Counted from the first letter of the stretch, positions 1 through 9,957 are shown. The stretch: 64,000 nt of DNA from Bdellovibrionia bacterium (GCA_030424665.1 JAUHWN010000002.1:7731-71730), one strand, 5' to 3'. A program made the numbers and translations. The notes: a model not told the origin generated them from the sequence alone.

Positions 1-19
1 TTCATTACAGGTAAAGTCA

Positions 20-1543
20 TTATTGCACCTCCACATAGGCAAGAAGACCGTGCAGTCCGCCTTCGCGGCCCATTCCACTTTCAAAATAACCACCAAAAGG
101 AGAGGCAGGATCAAATTTATTATAAGTATTGGCCCAAATTACACCCGCCTTTAACTCTCCAGAAACTTTTTGAATCTTAGAGGCTTTTTCGGACCACAAA
201 CCCGCTGCTAATCCGTAATGGGTGTCATTCGCTTTTTGAATCGCCTCTTGAGGGGTTCTAAAAGTAGAAATACCTAAGACGGGACCAAAGATTTCCTTAC
301 GCATAATCAAATGGGAGTTCGAAACTCCTTTAAAGAAACATGGCTTTAAGAAAAAACCTTTTTCAGGAATATCCTGTTTATGGGATTCAAAGTACTCGAG
401 CCCTTCTTTACGGGAAGTCTCGACGATATTCTTAATTTTATTGTATTCTGCTTCAGAGTTAATAGCTCCCATGTCGGTATTTTTGTCTAAAGGATTCCCC
501 ACACGGATTTGATCAATTCTCTTTTTTAGCTTATTGACAAAGGTATCCAAAATAGACTCTTCAACAAGAAGTCTCGAACCTGCGCAACATACATGACCTT
601 GGTTAAAATAAATCCCAGAAACAACTCCCTCGATGGCCTGATCGATCGCAGCGTCTTCAAAAATCAAGTGGGCAGACTTTCCACCTAGCTCAAGAGTCAG
701 CTTTTTATTTTGACCAATAACCGCCTGGGAAATCTTCTTTCCTACTTCTGTAGATCCTGTAAATGCCACCTTTTGTACATCCTTATGGCTCACGAGAGCT
801 GCACCAGTAGCTCCGGCTCCGGTCACAATATTAACGACCCCAGGAGGAAGACCTGAATCTTGAATGACCTCAGCCAATAATAGTAAGGACAGTGATGTCG
901 TCTCCGCAGGTTTAATAACGACTGTGTTTCCAGCAGCCAAAGCAGGAGCAATTTTCCAAGCGGCCATAAGAAGAGGAAAGTTCCAAGGAATAACTTGAGC
1001 AGCGACACCGATCGGTTTTACCTTTCGACCAGGAACAAGGTAATCAAGTTTATCAGCCCACCCCGCATAGTAAAAAAAGTGTGCTGCAACGAGAGGGATA
1101 TCGACGTCACGAGTTTCTTTAATAGGCTTACCATTATCAAGAGTTTCAAGAACGGCAAATTCTCTAGCACGCTCTTGAATCATTCGAGCAATTCGAAAGA
1201 GGTATCGAGAACGTTCCGATGGAGTAATTTGACCCCAAGACTTTTGAAAAGCTTTATTAGCAGACTCAACAGCTTTATCCACATCTTCATCACCTGCCAC
1301 AGAAATCTTAGCTAAGACCTCGCCCGTAGCTGGGTTAATGCTGTCCAAAGTTTCTTTTGACTTTGACGGAGTAAACTTTCCGTCCACGAACAAGTCATAC
1401 TTTTCTTTGAGCTGAACGATAGAAGTGCTTTCTGGCGCATCATCGTAGTCAAATTGAAAACCAGCTTGATGGGCTGATTCATGGGCGAGAGGACTTTTCT
1501 TTTCTAAGTTTTGATCTGAAGTTGTTTTCATTGACCACCTCAA
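20..1543 (-). CDS. NAD(P)+-dependent aldehyde dehydrogenase family protein
   Basis: 507-aa ORF with ALDH hallmarks: PWNFPLLM, ELGGKS, and the catalytic-Cys motif GHVCCAGSRLLV. It overlaps the upstream deoC-like gene by 4 nt (1540-1543), which suggests an operon. Confidence 0.9.
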   Translation of the reverse strand: MRWSMKTTSDQNLEKKSPLAHESAHQAGFQFDYDDAPESTSIVQLKEKYDLFVDGKFTPSKSKETLDSINPATGEVLAKISVAGDEDVDKAVESANKAFQKSWGQITPSERSRYLFRIARMIQERAREFAVLETLDNGKPIKETRDVDIPLVAAHFFYYAGWADKLDYLVPGRKVKPIGVAAQVIPWNFPLLMAAWKIAPALAAGNTVVIKPAETTSLSLLLLAEVIQDSGLPPGVVNIVTGAGATGAALVSHKDVQKVAFTGSTEVGKKISQAVIGQNKKLTLELGGKSAHLIFEDAAIDQAIEGVVSGIYFNQGHVCCAGSRLLVEESILDTFVNKLKKRIDQIRVGNPLDKNTDMGAINSEAEYNKIKNIVETSRKEGLEYFESHKQDIPEKGFFLKPCFFKGVSNSHLIMRKEIFGPVLGISTFRTPQEAIQKANDTHYGLAAGLWSEKASKIQKVSGELKAGVIWANTYNKFDPASPFGGYFESGMGREGGLHGLLAYVEVQ

Positions 1544-2502
1544 TCCATGGAATAGGCACGATCGTAGTAATATCGGCCGGTATAGTATTTGTAAATTTGT
1601 TTTAGAACATCATTGAGCAGACTGCTGGCTCCAAAGCGAAACAGATCAGGAGTTAACCACTGGCTCCCGAGAGTCTCATTAACCATGCATAGGTAGTGAA
1701 TAGCTTGCTTGGCTGTTCGAATTCCACCAGCGGGTTTCATTCCAATGAGTTCACCTGTTTCATCGTAATGATCAGCAATCACATTAAGCATCACTAAGGT
1801 CACCGGCAGAGTTGCCGCAGGACTCACTTTACCCGTAGAGGTTTTTATGAAATCGGCGCCAGCATGAATTGCCAAACGAGAAGCAAACTGTACTTTGTCA
1901 TACGTACCGAGTTCACCTGTTTCTAAAATTACTTTTAGGTGTGCTTCACCGCAGGCCTCTTTAATAGCGATGATCTCATCGAAAACTTCCTGGTAGCGCC
2001 CCGAGAGAAAGGCACCCCTGTTGATCACCATATCAATTTCGTCAGCTCCGAAATCGACAGCTCTTTTGACATCGGCCAAGCGAATATCTAGAGGTAGTTG
2101 ACCAGCCGGAAAACCGGTGGCTACTGAGGCAATCTTAATATCAGTGTCCTGTAAATACTCGGCTGCATAGGGAACCATCGATGGATAAACACAAACAGCC
2201 GCTACTTGTGGAATGTCGAGAAATTCATCATGGTTAGAGAGAAGCTCCCGAAAATGATCGGTCACTGGGTATTTTGCTTTTATGCATAGCTGTCTGACTC
2301 GCTCCGGAGTATCCGCTCCTTCAAGAGTCGTCAGATCAATCATTCGAACCGTTTCATAAAGCGCTTTGAGTTTACTCTGCTTTTTGATACTACGCTTAGT
2401 GAACATGGCGGCCCGCTGTTCTAGCATGACCTGGTCTATGGGCTTCATTTCGACTTGGAACCTTTTGGATTCAATTCCGTCGAGAACAATTTGTCTTATC
2501 AT
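1540..2502 (-). CDS. deoC: deoxyribose-phosphate aldolase (long ~320-aa form)
   Basis: Class I aldolase motifs DEIDMVIN and the Schiff-base lysine context ADFIKTSTGK. Length and layout fit the DERA family. Confidence 0.85.
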   Translation of the reverse strand: MIRQIVLDGIESKRFQVEMKPIDQVMLEQRAAMFTKRSIKKQSKLKALYETVRMIDLTTLEGADTPERVRQLCIKAKYPVTDHFRELLSNHDEFLDIPQVAAVCVYPSMVPYAAEYLQDTDIKIASVATGFPAGQLPLDIRLADVKRAVDFGADEIDMVINRGAFLSGRYQEVFDEIIAIKEACGEAHLKVILETGELGTYDKVQFASRLAIHAGADFIKTSTGKVSPAATLPVTLVMLNVIADHYDETGELIGMKPAGGIRTAKQAIHYLCMVNETLGSQWLTPDLFRFGASSLLNDVLKQIYKYYTGRYYYDRAYSMD

Positions 2503-2653
2503 CTTCGATTCCTGGCTTGTTTCCTAAGCCATAGATAATACAGGGAAAGCTCAGATTCAATGGGAGCTTTTTCAAAGTCCTTTCAAACCCAGTTTAAATG
2601 GATATTCAACCCACCAATTGAAAATTATTCACCAGGTTTCAAGGGGTTAGAGA

Positions 2654-4165
2654 CTATTTGGGGCCCAAAAACTCTTCACATCGCCAAATCTTGAATTCCC
2701 TCGCCAAAACTCCATACCGGTGAGCCTGAACCTTCTTAATCTCGGAACATTCCTTAGCCTGCATAGAATCCTGAGGTGTTCGTTTATACCGATTGTCCTC
2801 AACAAAGTAGATAACCTTGCCCTTGTGCTTCTCGAGACCTTTTTGAAAATAGTTGTACTGGTTCGAATGAGCACCAATTGATAAAGCCTGTAGACCTGAG
2901 TAAAAGCTTAAAGGAGCCGCTAGCTGGTAGCGATGGCTCGAAATAACAAACTCTTTCTCTTCGCTTGCAGCCAACTCATTAAGCTCTTTTGCTAAATCTG
3001 GCCACCCGTAGAGATCGTTAGTGATATCAAAGCGGGCCTGCCACTTTTGATCAGGGTTAAAAACCACGTGGAGTTTTGCAATGACAGGATATTGAGTTGC
3101 AAAGACAAAAAATAAATTGAAAAAAACCACAAAGCCAAGGCTACCCCAACTTATAAAGGCCCAAAGTCGTCTCTTTTTTGCACCAGACAAGAGCTTAATA
3201 AAATAATCAGACGCCAGTGGTATCAGAGCCAAATAGGCTGGAGCGATCCAATGGGGTTTAAAGTCAGACATAAATGGCTGTAATCCAAAAAGTAAAAGAC
3301 TGGGCAATGCAAAACTCGAAAAGAAGAGATCATTTTGTTTATCTTCGGGTGTTTTAAACGTCCAAATATAACTGAGATCCATTCGTTTGATCAAAACGAC
3401 GATAAATAAAACAAAAAATGACGGCGATAGAAAAATCAGTTGCGTCGCCAAGAACTGAAACCAGCGACCGACACTGAAGTGACCACCTTGATGGCGATCA
3501 GAAAGGTGAAAGGCAAAACTGGGCCAGTCATTGAGTAAATTCCAAATCATTACTGGAGAACTTGCAACAATAAAAGCCACAACAGTCAGTAATATATGGT
3601 ACCACTTCGGTCGGATTTTCCAATGGCCAAAAAGATAGAGGATTCCCAAACTTCCAAAAAGTAAAACACCTGGGTATTTCGACAAAAATGAAAATCCAAG
3701 GGTAAAACCGAGTGCTACAAAAAGCCAAAAGTAATTTTTGGTGTCCGAAGTTTTCATCAATAAATGTGTGAGGTAAATACAGAGACTCCAGAAAAAGAGA
3801 AGTGGCATATCCGGAACCATCATCGTGCTTCCAATAAAGAAAACGGGAATCAGGGCGTAAAATATGATTGATAAGTAAGAAGCCTTTTTGCCATAGCGCT
3901 CGTCAGCCACACGGTAGATAAAAAAGCTCGATAGGGCATAAATCAAAATCGAAGGAAAGCGAACTGCGAACTCATTCCGCCCAAAAATCGACTCTGACAA
4001 ATGAATCAGCCAGGCAACCATTCCAGGGTGGTCAAAGTAGCTCCAGTCTAAAAACTGGGCCCAATTCCAATAATAGGCTTCGTCGTCACCTAGACCCGTG
4101 GTTACTGCGAGAAAGACTTTAATTAACAGCACTGCGCTAAAAATACCGATGGCTAGTGATTTCAT
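2654..4165 (-). CDS. GT-C fold glycosyltransferase, ArnT/PMT-like (family 39/83), polytopic membrane protein
   Basis: The N-terminal motif GDDEAYYWNWAQ...DHPGMVAW is typical of ArnT/PMT_2 enzymes. About 10 or more hydrophobic segments are followed by a soluble C-terminal domain. The ORF track starts at 4222. I prefer the ATG at 4165 (MKSLAIGIF), which removes the overlap with the divergent PAP2 gene. Confidence 0.75.
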   Translation of the reverse strand: MKSLAIGIFSAVLLIKVFLAVTTGLGDDEAYYWNWAQFLDWSYFDHPGMVAWLIHLSESIFGRNEFAVRFPSILIYALSSFFIYRVADERYGKKASYLSIIFYALIPVFFIGSTMMVPDMPLLFFWSLCIYLTHLLMKTSDTKNYFWLFVALGFTLGFSFLSKYPGVLLFGSLGILYLFGHWKIRPKWYHILLTVVAFIVASSPVMIWNLLNDWPSFAFHLSDRHQGGHFSVGRWFQFLATQLIFLSPSFFVLFIVVLIKRMDLSYIWTFKTPEDKQNDLFFSSFALPSLLLFGLQPFMSDFKPHWIAPAYLALIPLASDYFIKLLSGAKKRRLWAFISWGSLGFVVFFNLFFVFATQYPVIAKLHVVFNPDQKWQARFDITNDLYGWPDLAKELNELAASEEKEFVISSHRYQLAAPLSFYSGLQALSIGAHSNQYNYFQKGLEKHKGKVIYFVEDNRYKRTPQDSMQAKECSEIKKVQAHRYGVLAREFKIWRCEEFLGPK

Positions 4166-4251
4166 ATTTACCCTTAAAACTTCTTTTTTTATCAGTTTTC
4201 GAGTACCATAGCTCCGTGTCACTTAAAAATGTTTTTCTCGCAAAAAATTTT

Positions 4252-4926
4252 ATGGGTCAGGCACTCTGGCTCATCACTTTAATTTTACTTTCAATGGCGT
4301 TCATTGACCAAAGGCTCCTCCTGTTTCTAAAGCCACGAGTACCCCCTTATTACGAGATCATTCATTTTATTACGGATTTGGGTGATGCCGGTTACCTGAT
4401 TTTTGGGTCACTCTTCGCTTTTGTTATCACGCGCTATGGCATTATGACCTACGTAGCGGCTGGAGATTTTAAATGGTTGCGCAAGCTTCAAAAATTCTCA
4501 CGAGCGAGCCTACACCTCTTTTACTCTCTGCTTTTCTGCGGAATTTTAACCATTCTTCTGAAGTTTCTATTTGGTCGAATGCGTCCTTATGGAAGCGATT
4601 CTTTTGATCCATTTACTTTCGTTCCTTTCAATGGCTCTCACGTCTATCAGTCTTTTCCAAGCGGCCATACCCAAGTCGTCTTTTGTCTTTTTGCCATCAC
4701 TTGGATTTACTATCGTAAGTACGCACCCTATGTATTTATTTTTTCATTTACGATCGCTCTGACTCGCCCCATGGTTTTTAACCACTTCTTTTCGGATCTC
4801 ATTTTTGGTGCAGCGGTAGGGTTTTTCGGTACTCGTCTTGCTGTCGGCGACCAGTTTAGTATCAAACAAGTCATTCTTAATAAACGTAGAATCAAGACTC
4901 TACAAAAAATATCAGGTGATACTTAG
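4252..4926 (+). CDS. PAP2-family (type 2 phosphatidic acid phosphatase-like) membrane lipid phosphatase
   Basis: Carries the three PAP2 motifs: KFLFGRMRP (KxxxxxxRP), PSGHT, and NHFFSD (HxxxD). The track ORF starts at 4156. The ATG at 4252 (MGQALWLITL) is more plausible. Confidence 0.75.
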   Translation: MGQALWLITLILLSMAFIDQRLLLFLKPRVPPYYEIIHFITDLGDAGYLIFGSLFAFVITRYGIMTYVAAGDFKWLRKLQKFSRASLHLFYSLLFCGILTILLKFLFGRMRPYGSDSFDPFTFVPFNGSHVYQSFPSGHTQVVFCLFAITWIYYRKYAPYVFIFSFTIALTRPMVFNHFFSDLIFGAAVGFFGTRLAVGDQFSIKQVILNKRRIKTLQKISGDT

Positions 4927-5079
4927 GTTAAAATCAAGTTTTCATTTTTAAATTACCTATAACACCCAGACTCCAAAAACGGCCAGACCAGGCCTAGAGC
5001 CTGATTTAAATAGCCTTTAGCCATGAAGATTTCTCCTCTATTGCTTTAGCGCCAGAGCTCCTTAAAATAAAGTTTTGGT

Positions 5080-6036
5080 ATGAAATTAATCACTTTTCTT
5101 CTTATTTCACTTTTCACTTTTGTGGCTCAATCAGCCGTTGTCGTTAAAGTCAGCGACAAAATCGTATTGCTTACTTTCTCCGAAAAAGAGACACTAGACA
5201 TCGGCGATCGCCTCAAGTTTAATGACACCGAAATTGTAATTACCAGGGTTAAGAAGAGTAAGGCCAAGGCTATTGTTCTAAATGGTGAAGCCACTGTAGG
5301 AATGATCCTTGAACCCCAGTCGGAAGAAACATTCGCAAGCGACGAAACTAGTACCCAAAGCAAAGACCCTTCTCTCGTAGAAAAAGACAACAAGGAACGA
5401 ACACCTGCAAACGAAGAACTCATGACAAAGATCGATGAGGGTGATGACTGGTCGGCTGTTGTCACATTAATGTCGACCCATGTTTGGCGTGGTCTCGATC
5501 TCGGGCGTGGCCAACCTCTAGTTGTTGGCGCTCTAAACTATCAACCCGCGTCTTCTTTTAAAGTTGGCACAAAGATTTACAATCGAGGCTACAACTCAAA
5601 TTCGCGCAATGACTTTTACATGCAACTCATCTTTGGAAAGACCCTTGGTATCAGCTATTACTCAGCACTCTATACGGTTCCTAAGGAATCGATTAGTTCT
5701 CTTCAACACGACTTTGCATTCTTTTATAAGTCTTTTAGAATTGGACTTGGCCTTTTCCCCGACTTTTTCAAGATCGATGAATTTAGTTATTATTACATTA
5801 AGTGGTCACCGCGAATTACTTCGAAAATAGGATTTATTTCTGAAGTCGGTTATTCAATCCCCAACACTGAGGCTAGCTTCGGCTTTAAAAACTATCTCGA
5901 TTACAAAGCGGGCCTTAGCTATTCGGCTGAGATCGCTAAAGTTCAATTTACGTACAACAACACCAACCGTGTCGATCTCCTAGACGAAAAAATCAACGAC
6001 GAAGTCTTCGCCGTCGCTCTCACAGTGCCCCTTTAA
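5080..6036 (+). CDS. secreted protein with a C-terminal TorF/Gcw_chp-like putative outer-membrane beta-barrel
   Basis: Signal peptide MKLITFLLISLFTFVAQS. The segment STHVWRGLDLGRGQPLVVGALNY resembles the SDYxxRGxSQxxxxPAxQG start of TorF-family porins. The C-terminal half is rich in alternating Tyr/Phe. An extra ~100-aa N-terminal domain is present. Confidence 0.45.
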   Translation: MKLITFLLISLFTFVAQSAVVVKVSDKIVLLTFSEKETLDIGDRLKFNDTEIVITRVKKSKAKAIVLNGEATVGMILEPQSEETFASDETSTQSKDPSLVEKDNKERTPANEELMTKIDEGDDWSAVVTLMSTHVWRGLDLGRGQPLVVGALNYQPASSFKVGTKIYNRGYNSNSRNDFYMQLIFGKTLGISYYSALYTVPKESISSLQHDFAFFYKSFRIGLGLFPDFFKIDEFSYYYIKWSPRITSKIGFISEVGYSIPNTEASFGFKNYLDYKAGLSYSAEIAKVQFTYNNTNRVDLLDEKINDEVFAVALTVPL

Positions 6037-8096
6037 TTTGGCTTTCTCAAGGGTCGATATTCTAAATTAAAATGTTCTTTGATAATGGACATCATCAATA
6101 TCTGGTAGAAACGGTTTCCGTGATTACCCTTTGTCGATCGATGGTAATTAAATTTTTCTTGTCCAAGCTGTAAAAATAACTCATAGGCAAACTCAGCCTC
6201 TTGCTTACCGCCTTGGTCCACTCGATCATCAAGACCATTCGTAAGTAGATTGAGAATGAAATCACCCTCGATATCGTCGATCAAATGCATGGGATCTATA
6301 CTCTTAACATAGTCCCAGAATTTCTTATCGAGAACATAGTCACCATTTTCATCGATGAATGGGGCTAAATCAGAATGAGCAATACGACCAAACCAACCAT
6401 TCATAAACATATCAATGAGATCAATCACCGGCACAACGGGATTAATCATGCAGTACTTGCATCCGTGTTTTGCTGCGAGAACTAGGGATGTTAAACCACC
6501 CCAAGATCGCCCCATAGCTACCATCTTATTTTTTACACTAGGCACTTTGCCTTCAATAAAAGCGCGAGCTTGGTCTAAGTAATCAACCATCTTAAGACGA
6601 TTTCGCGATCCATCGATAAACCAGTCCTCTCCTCTCTCACCACCACCCGGCATATCCAGGGTGATGTAAGCTCCTCCCAATTCGAGGGCCATTTGAATCT
6701 CTCTCGGTTCAGGAGAGTTTTTAATGGATATCCATCCATAGTAGCGCATAAATGCAAAGTCAGGATCTTCGCCCTTGCGCTTATAAATTCTACCAGAGAG
6801 CTTTCTTCCATCCTTAGCCGTAAACTCAAAAAATTCCTCTTCGACTTTGTTCTCATCAAAATTAATATCTTTTTTGTTTTTAAGAACTTCAAGAGACCCA
6901 GAGGCCAAATCCATTTCGATGGCAAGATCACCCCTGTATACATCCGAAAATACGGCTCGATCTTTTTCAGCACCGGGGGAAAATAAGAAACGTGTTAGGT
7001 TTCCGTAGGGAGTGACTCCAAGAGACTCAAGAGAGGTCGATTTAATAATTTCTCTCTTTGCTAAATCCATAACGTCGACAGATACATATTTATGGGGAAT
7101 GGTATGATATTGAAGGATTAGACGATCCTTTGCCACTTCTGCAGTATGCAACACTTGATCGCTTCGAGCCGGCACTAAGGTTTCAATTACCGGCTCGCCG
7201 TCACCACGAACATCAATCGAAGAAATACCGTAATTATTTCCCTCGCCGGCTGTTTGAATGAGAACCTTTCCCTGATAAATTCCAAGAAAGACACCGACAT
7301 ACTTATTACGAGGGTAAACGACTTCCCATTTATAGCTTCCATCATCTTGCCGAACACCCTTGTACATTGAGAATGTAGTTTTTATCCCCACCGCAGGATT
7401 GAGAACCCGGTATGCAACAAGTGTTTTTCCTTCGTCGAGGTCGGCAATTTCAAAGTTCTCAGCTTTCTTATGATCGAAGGTCAGATGATCACTGCCATCT
7501 AGGAGACTGCGAAAACGTGTTTCAAGAATGGGCTTCTCTCCACGCTTAACCTCATCTTTTGGGTGCCAAAATGAATAATAGAGTCCATCACTCGTAGCGT
7601 TCCAAGAAAACCCTTGCATTCGATTGATCACAGGGTTTTCCAAAATGGGGTTCGCACCCTTTCTAATTTCAATTGCATTCCAGTGCTTCAAATCTTGACC
7701 CTGAAAGGTAACGTGATAAGCGACTTTTGATCCATCGGGACTCACTGTAAATCCACTGATTCGATAGCCCTCATCAAAGTCAGAGTGTTTCACCATAAGA
7801 GTTTCTATACCGCCCTTATCTCGCCAAACGAGTCCTTTTGCAGTGATATACATTTCTCCGCGCAGAAACTGTTCCGGTGAAGAATCTGGTAGAACTGTGA
7901 CTAATTCTTCAAATCGCTCTTTAATTTCGGGAGCAATTTTTGCCTCAACCCTCGCAGATTGTTCCTTCACGAAATCTTCGGGAACGCTTGGTTTTATGAG
8001 GTCTAAGACAAGCTCTTCACAGCTCATGCCCAAAGCATGACCAGACATACTTAATGTAACAATAAATAGGACTAGAAATCGCAAATTATCTTTCAT
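6033..8096 (-). CDS. secreted S9 (prolyl oligopeptidase family) serine peptidase
   Basis: Nucleophile elbow GRSWGG in a C-terminal alpha/beta-hydrolase domain, a long N-terminal propeller-like region, and the signal peptide MKDNLRFLVLFIVTLSMSGHALG. I chose the start at 8096 rather than the track start at 8171. Confidence 0.8.
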   Translation of the reverse strand: MKDNLRFLVLFIVTLSMSGHALGMSCEELVLDLIKPSVPEDFVKEQSARVEAKIAPEIKERFEELVTVLPDSSPEQFLRGEMYITAKGLVWRDKGGIETLMVKHSDFDEGYRISGFTVSPDGSKVAYHVTFQGQDLKHWNAIEIRKGANPILENPVINRMQGFSWNATSDGLYYSFWHPKDEVKRGEKPILETRFRSLLDGSDHLTFDHKKAENFEIADLDEGKTLVAYRVLNPAVGIKTTFSMYKGVRQDDGSYKWEVVYPRNKYVGVFLGIYQGKVLIQTAGEGNNYGISSIDVRGDGEPVIETLVPARSDQVLHTAEVAKDRLILQYHTIPHKYVSVDVMDLAKREIIKSTSLESLGVTPYGNLTRFLFSPGAEKDRAVFSDVYRGDLAIEMDLASGSLEVLKNKKDINFDENKVEEEFFEFTAKDGRKLSGRIYKRKGEDPDFAFMRYYGWISIKNSPEPREIQMALELGGAYITLDMPGGGERGEDWFIDGSRNRLKMVDYLDQARAFIEGKVPSVKNKMVAMGRSWGGLTSLVLAAKHGCKYCMINPVVPVIDLIDMFMNGWFGRIAHSDLAPFIDENGDYVLDKKFWDYVKSIDPMHLIDDIEGDFILNLLTNGLDDRVDQGGKQEAEFAYELFLQLGQEKFNYHRSTKGNHGNRFYQILMMSIIKEHFNLEYRPLRKPN

Positions 8097-8210
8097 ATGA
8101 ATCTCCACCGTGAACAATTGCCTTAATTGTTCTTGGATTTTGCAATTCCTAAACCAAAAAAAGGGACCCACAAGGTCCCTTTTTCAAAATCAAATTGTAA
8201 ACTAAGTCGC

Positions 8211-9374
8211 TTATTTGCGCTTAGGAATGGCTGAAGTTTTCTTCTTCTTTGCCGGTGGCTTAGGTACAGCCTTAACTTCGTCAACCGATGCCTTTTGTGC
8301 AGCAGCTTTCTCTAAGGCCTCTTTCTTTTCTTCTTCCGTCGCCGTTTCCATATCAATCAGGTCCTCACCAATTCCTTTTTTAGAAAGGATCTTGGCACGA
8401 AGTTCGTCGCGAAGCTCTTTGTTCTCTTTTAAGAAATTCTTGGCAGCATCACGACCCTGTCCCATGCGCTCACCATTAATACTATACCAAGCACCTGACT
8501 TCTCTACCATTTCGTACTTAACAGCGAGATCGAGAACATCTCCCTCAAGAGAAATTCCTTCACCATACATGATATCGAATTCAATTTTAGCAAACGGGGG
8601 TGCCATCTTATTTTTTACAACCTTAACAGCTGTTCGGTTACCGACAATATCATCACCATTTTTAATGGCTCCGATTCGACGGACATCCAAGCGAACTGAA
8701 GAGTAAAACTTAAGGGCATTACCGCCAGTTGTAGTCTCTGGATTACCGAACATCACACCAATTTTCATACGAATTTGGTTAATGAAAACGACAGTACAGT
8801 TACTGCGATTGATTGCACCCGTTAACTTACGAAGAGCCTGTGACATCAAACGAGCTTGGAGTCCCACGTGACTATCACCCATATCACCTTCGATTTCTGC
8901 TCGCGGAGTTAGTGCCGCAACAGAATCGACGACAAGAATATCAATGGCTCCAGAGCGAACAAGAGTCTCCGTAATTTCGAGGGCCTGCTCACCAGTATCT
9001 GGTTGTGAAATCAAAAGGTCTTGAGTGTTCACACCAAGCTTTCTGGCATAACCAACATCAAGCGCGTGCTCAGCATCAACAAAGGCGGCTACTCCACCCA
9101 TCTTCTGGGCTTCAGCGATGGCCGTTAAAGCCAAAGTCGTTTTACCGGAACTTTCTGGTCCATAGATTTCTACAATTCTTCCTTTAGGGTAACCGCCAAT
9201 TCCGAGAGCAATATCTAGGCTTGGTGAACCAGAGGGAATGACTTCAACATCATCGTGAAGAGTCTTTCCTTCACCAAGCTTCATGATGGAGCCTTTACCA
9301 AACTGTTTCTCAATGGCAGAAAGTGCGAGATCTAGTGCCTTTGTTTTGTTGTCGTCTTTTTTAATTTTTTCCAT
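8211..9374 (-). CDS. recA: recombinase RecA
   Basis: Canonical RecA sequence: [15 protein letters not shown] Walker A, VDSVAAL, and [28 protein letters not shown]. It has an unusual ~50-aa C-terminal extension ending in a Lys-rich tail. Confidence 0.97.
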   Translation of the reverse strand: MEKIKKDDNKTKALDLALSAIEKQFGKGSIMKLGEGKTLHDDVEVIPSGSPSLDIALGIGGYPKGRIVEIYGPESSGKTTLALTAIAEAQKMGGVAAFVDAEHALDVGYARKLGVNTQDLLISQPDTGEQALEITETLVRSGAIDILVVDSVAALTPRAEIEGDMGDSHVGLQARLMSQALRKLTGAINRSNCTVVFINQIRMKIGVMFGNPETTTGGNALKFYSSVRLDVRRIGAIKNGDDIVGNRTAVKVVKNKMAPPFAKIEFDIMYGEGISLEGDVLDLAVKYEMVEKSGAWYSINGERMGQGRDAAKNFLKENKELRDELRAKILSKKGIGEDLIDMETATEEEKKEALEKAAAQKASVDEVKAVPKPPAKKKKTSAIPKRK

Positions 9375-9447
9375 GGGTTTTCCTCCCTCTATCCAATTTT
9401 TTAATTTTTTACTTACTCACTTTGCTTCTTTCAAAATCAGCTAAGCT

Positions 9448-9957
9448 CTAAGAGCTTTTTACTTCTTCGGAAAGAAACTTTAGGGCAAACTCAGCAGATT
9501 TTTGCTGAATCTCCTCCCTGGTACCTGTAAAGTTCTCGCTCTTGGTTTTGGCAATGTTTGGACCATATAAACCAAAGCATACAAGACCTACAGGCTTGTC
9601 CGGTGTTCCCCCTGTCGGACCGGCGATCCCGGTAATACTCACAGCCCATTGGGCGTGAAGACGAGTGGCGACACCTTTTGCCATCTGCGAAGCGACTTGC
9701 TCACTGACGGCTCCAAATTGTTCTAGATCCTTTGAGCTTACTCCCAACACTTCCGCTTTCACCTGGTTGGAATATGCTACTACCGATCCTTGAAAGATCT
9801 TTGAAACACCGGAGAGTTTAGCGAGCTCAGAAGAGAGAAGTCCACCTGTGCAACTTTCTGCGAAAGACACAGTTTGGCTTTTCGCCAAAAGAGCTTCTAC
9901 CAGTTCTCCAACTAAATTTGAAATCATGGACTCGTTCCTGCTCAACCGGTATTCCAA
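9448..9957 (-). CDS. CinA C-terminal-domain protein / nicotinamide-nucleotide amidase (PncC-like)
   Basis: Motifs FAESCTGGLL and SITGIAGPTGG are typical of the CinA_C domain. It lies directly upstream of recA, as in many bacteria. The start may be the ATG at 9927 (MISNLVGEL). Confidence 0.85.
   Translation of the reverse strand: MEYRLSRNESMISNLVGELVEALLAKSQTVSFAESCTGGLLSSELAKLSGVSKIFQGSVVAYSNQVKAEVLGVSSKDLEQFGAVSEQVASQMAKGVATRLHAQWAVSITGIAGPTGGTPDKPVGLVCFGLYGPNIAKTKSENFTGTREEIQQKSAEFALKFLSEEVKSS

Noticed and set aside
823-1315. Nested and antisense ORFs inside well-supported genes. Examples: 823-1008 and 995-1315 in the ALDH gene; 8215-8706 and 9005-9187 in recA; 14711-15319, 14916-15356 and 14919-15113 in alaS; 26312-26599, 26430-26717 and 26734-27216 in the helicase; 57929-58398 and 59192-59422 in the coiled-coil gene; 60729-61480 in the AAA+ gene. 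Many similar track entries exist.
   Set aside because: Each lies wholly within, or antisense to, a longer ORF with strong family motifs. Their translations are low-complexity or Leu/Ser/Arg-rich, as expected for shadow frames, and they lack RBS or signal features.
2546-2570. A hairpin AAAGCTC-N11-GAGCTTT between the GT-C gene and deoC, considered as a terminator.
   Set aside because: Both flanking genes are on the minus strand, but the T-run follows the hairpin only on the plus strand. On the minus strand CCCTGTATT follows the stem. The loop is also large (11 nt).
9375-9447. A possible LexA/SOS operator upstream of recA. The string TTACTTACTCA resembles a half of the TTAC-N3-GTAA box reported for Bdellovibrio LexA.
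   Set aside because: Only one half-site (TTAC) is present, and the second half reads CTCA rather than GTAA. recA may also be transcribed from upstream of cinA.
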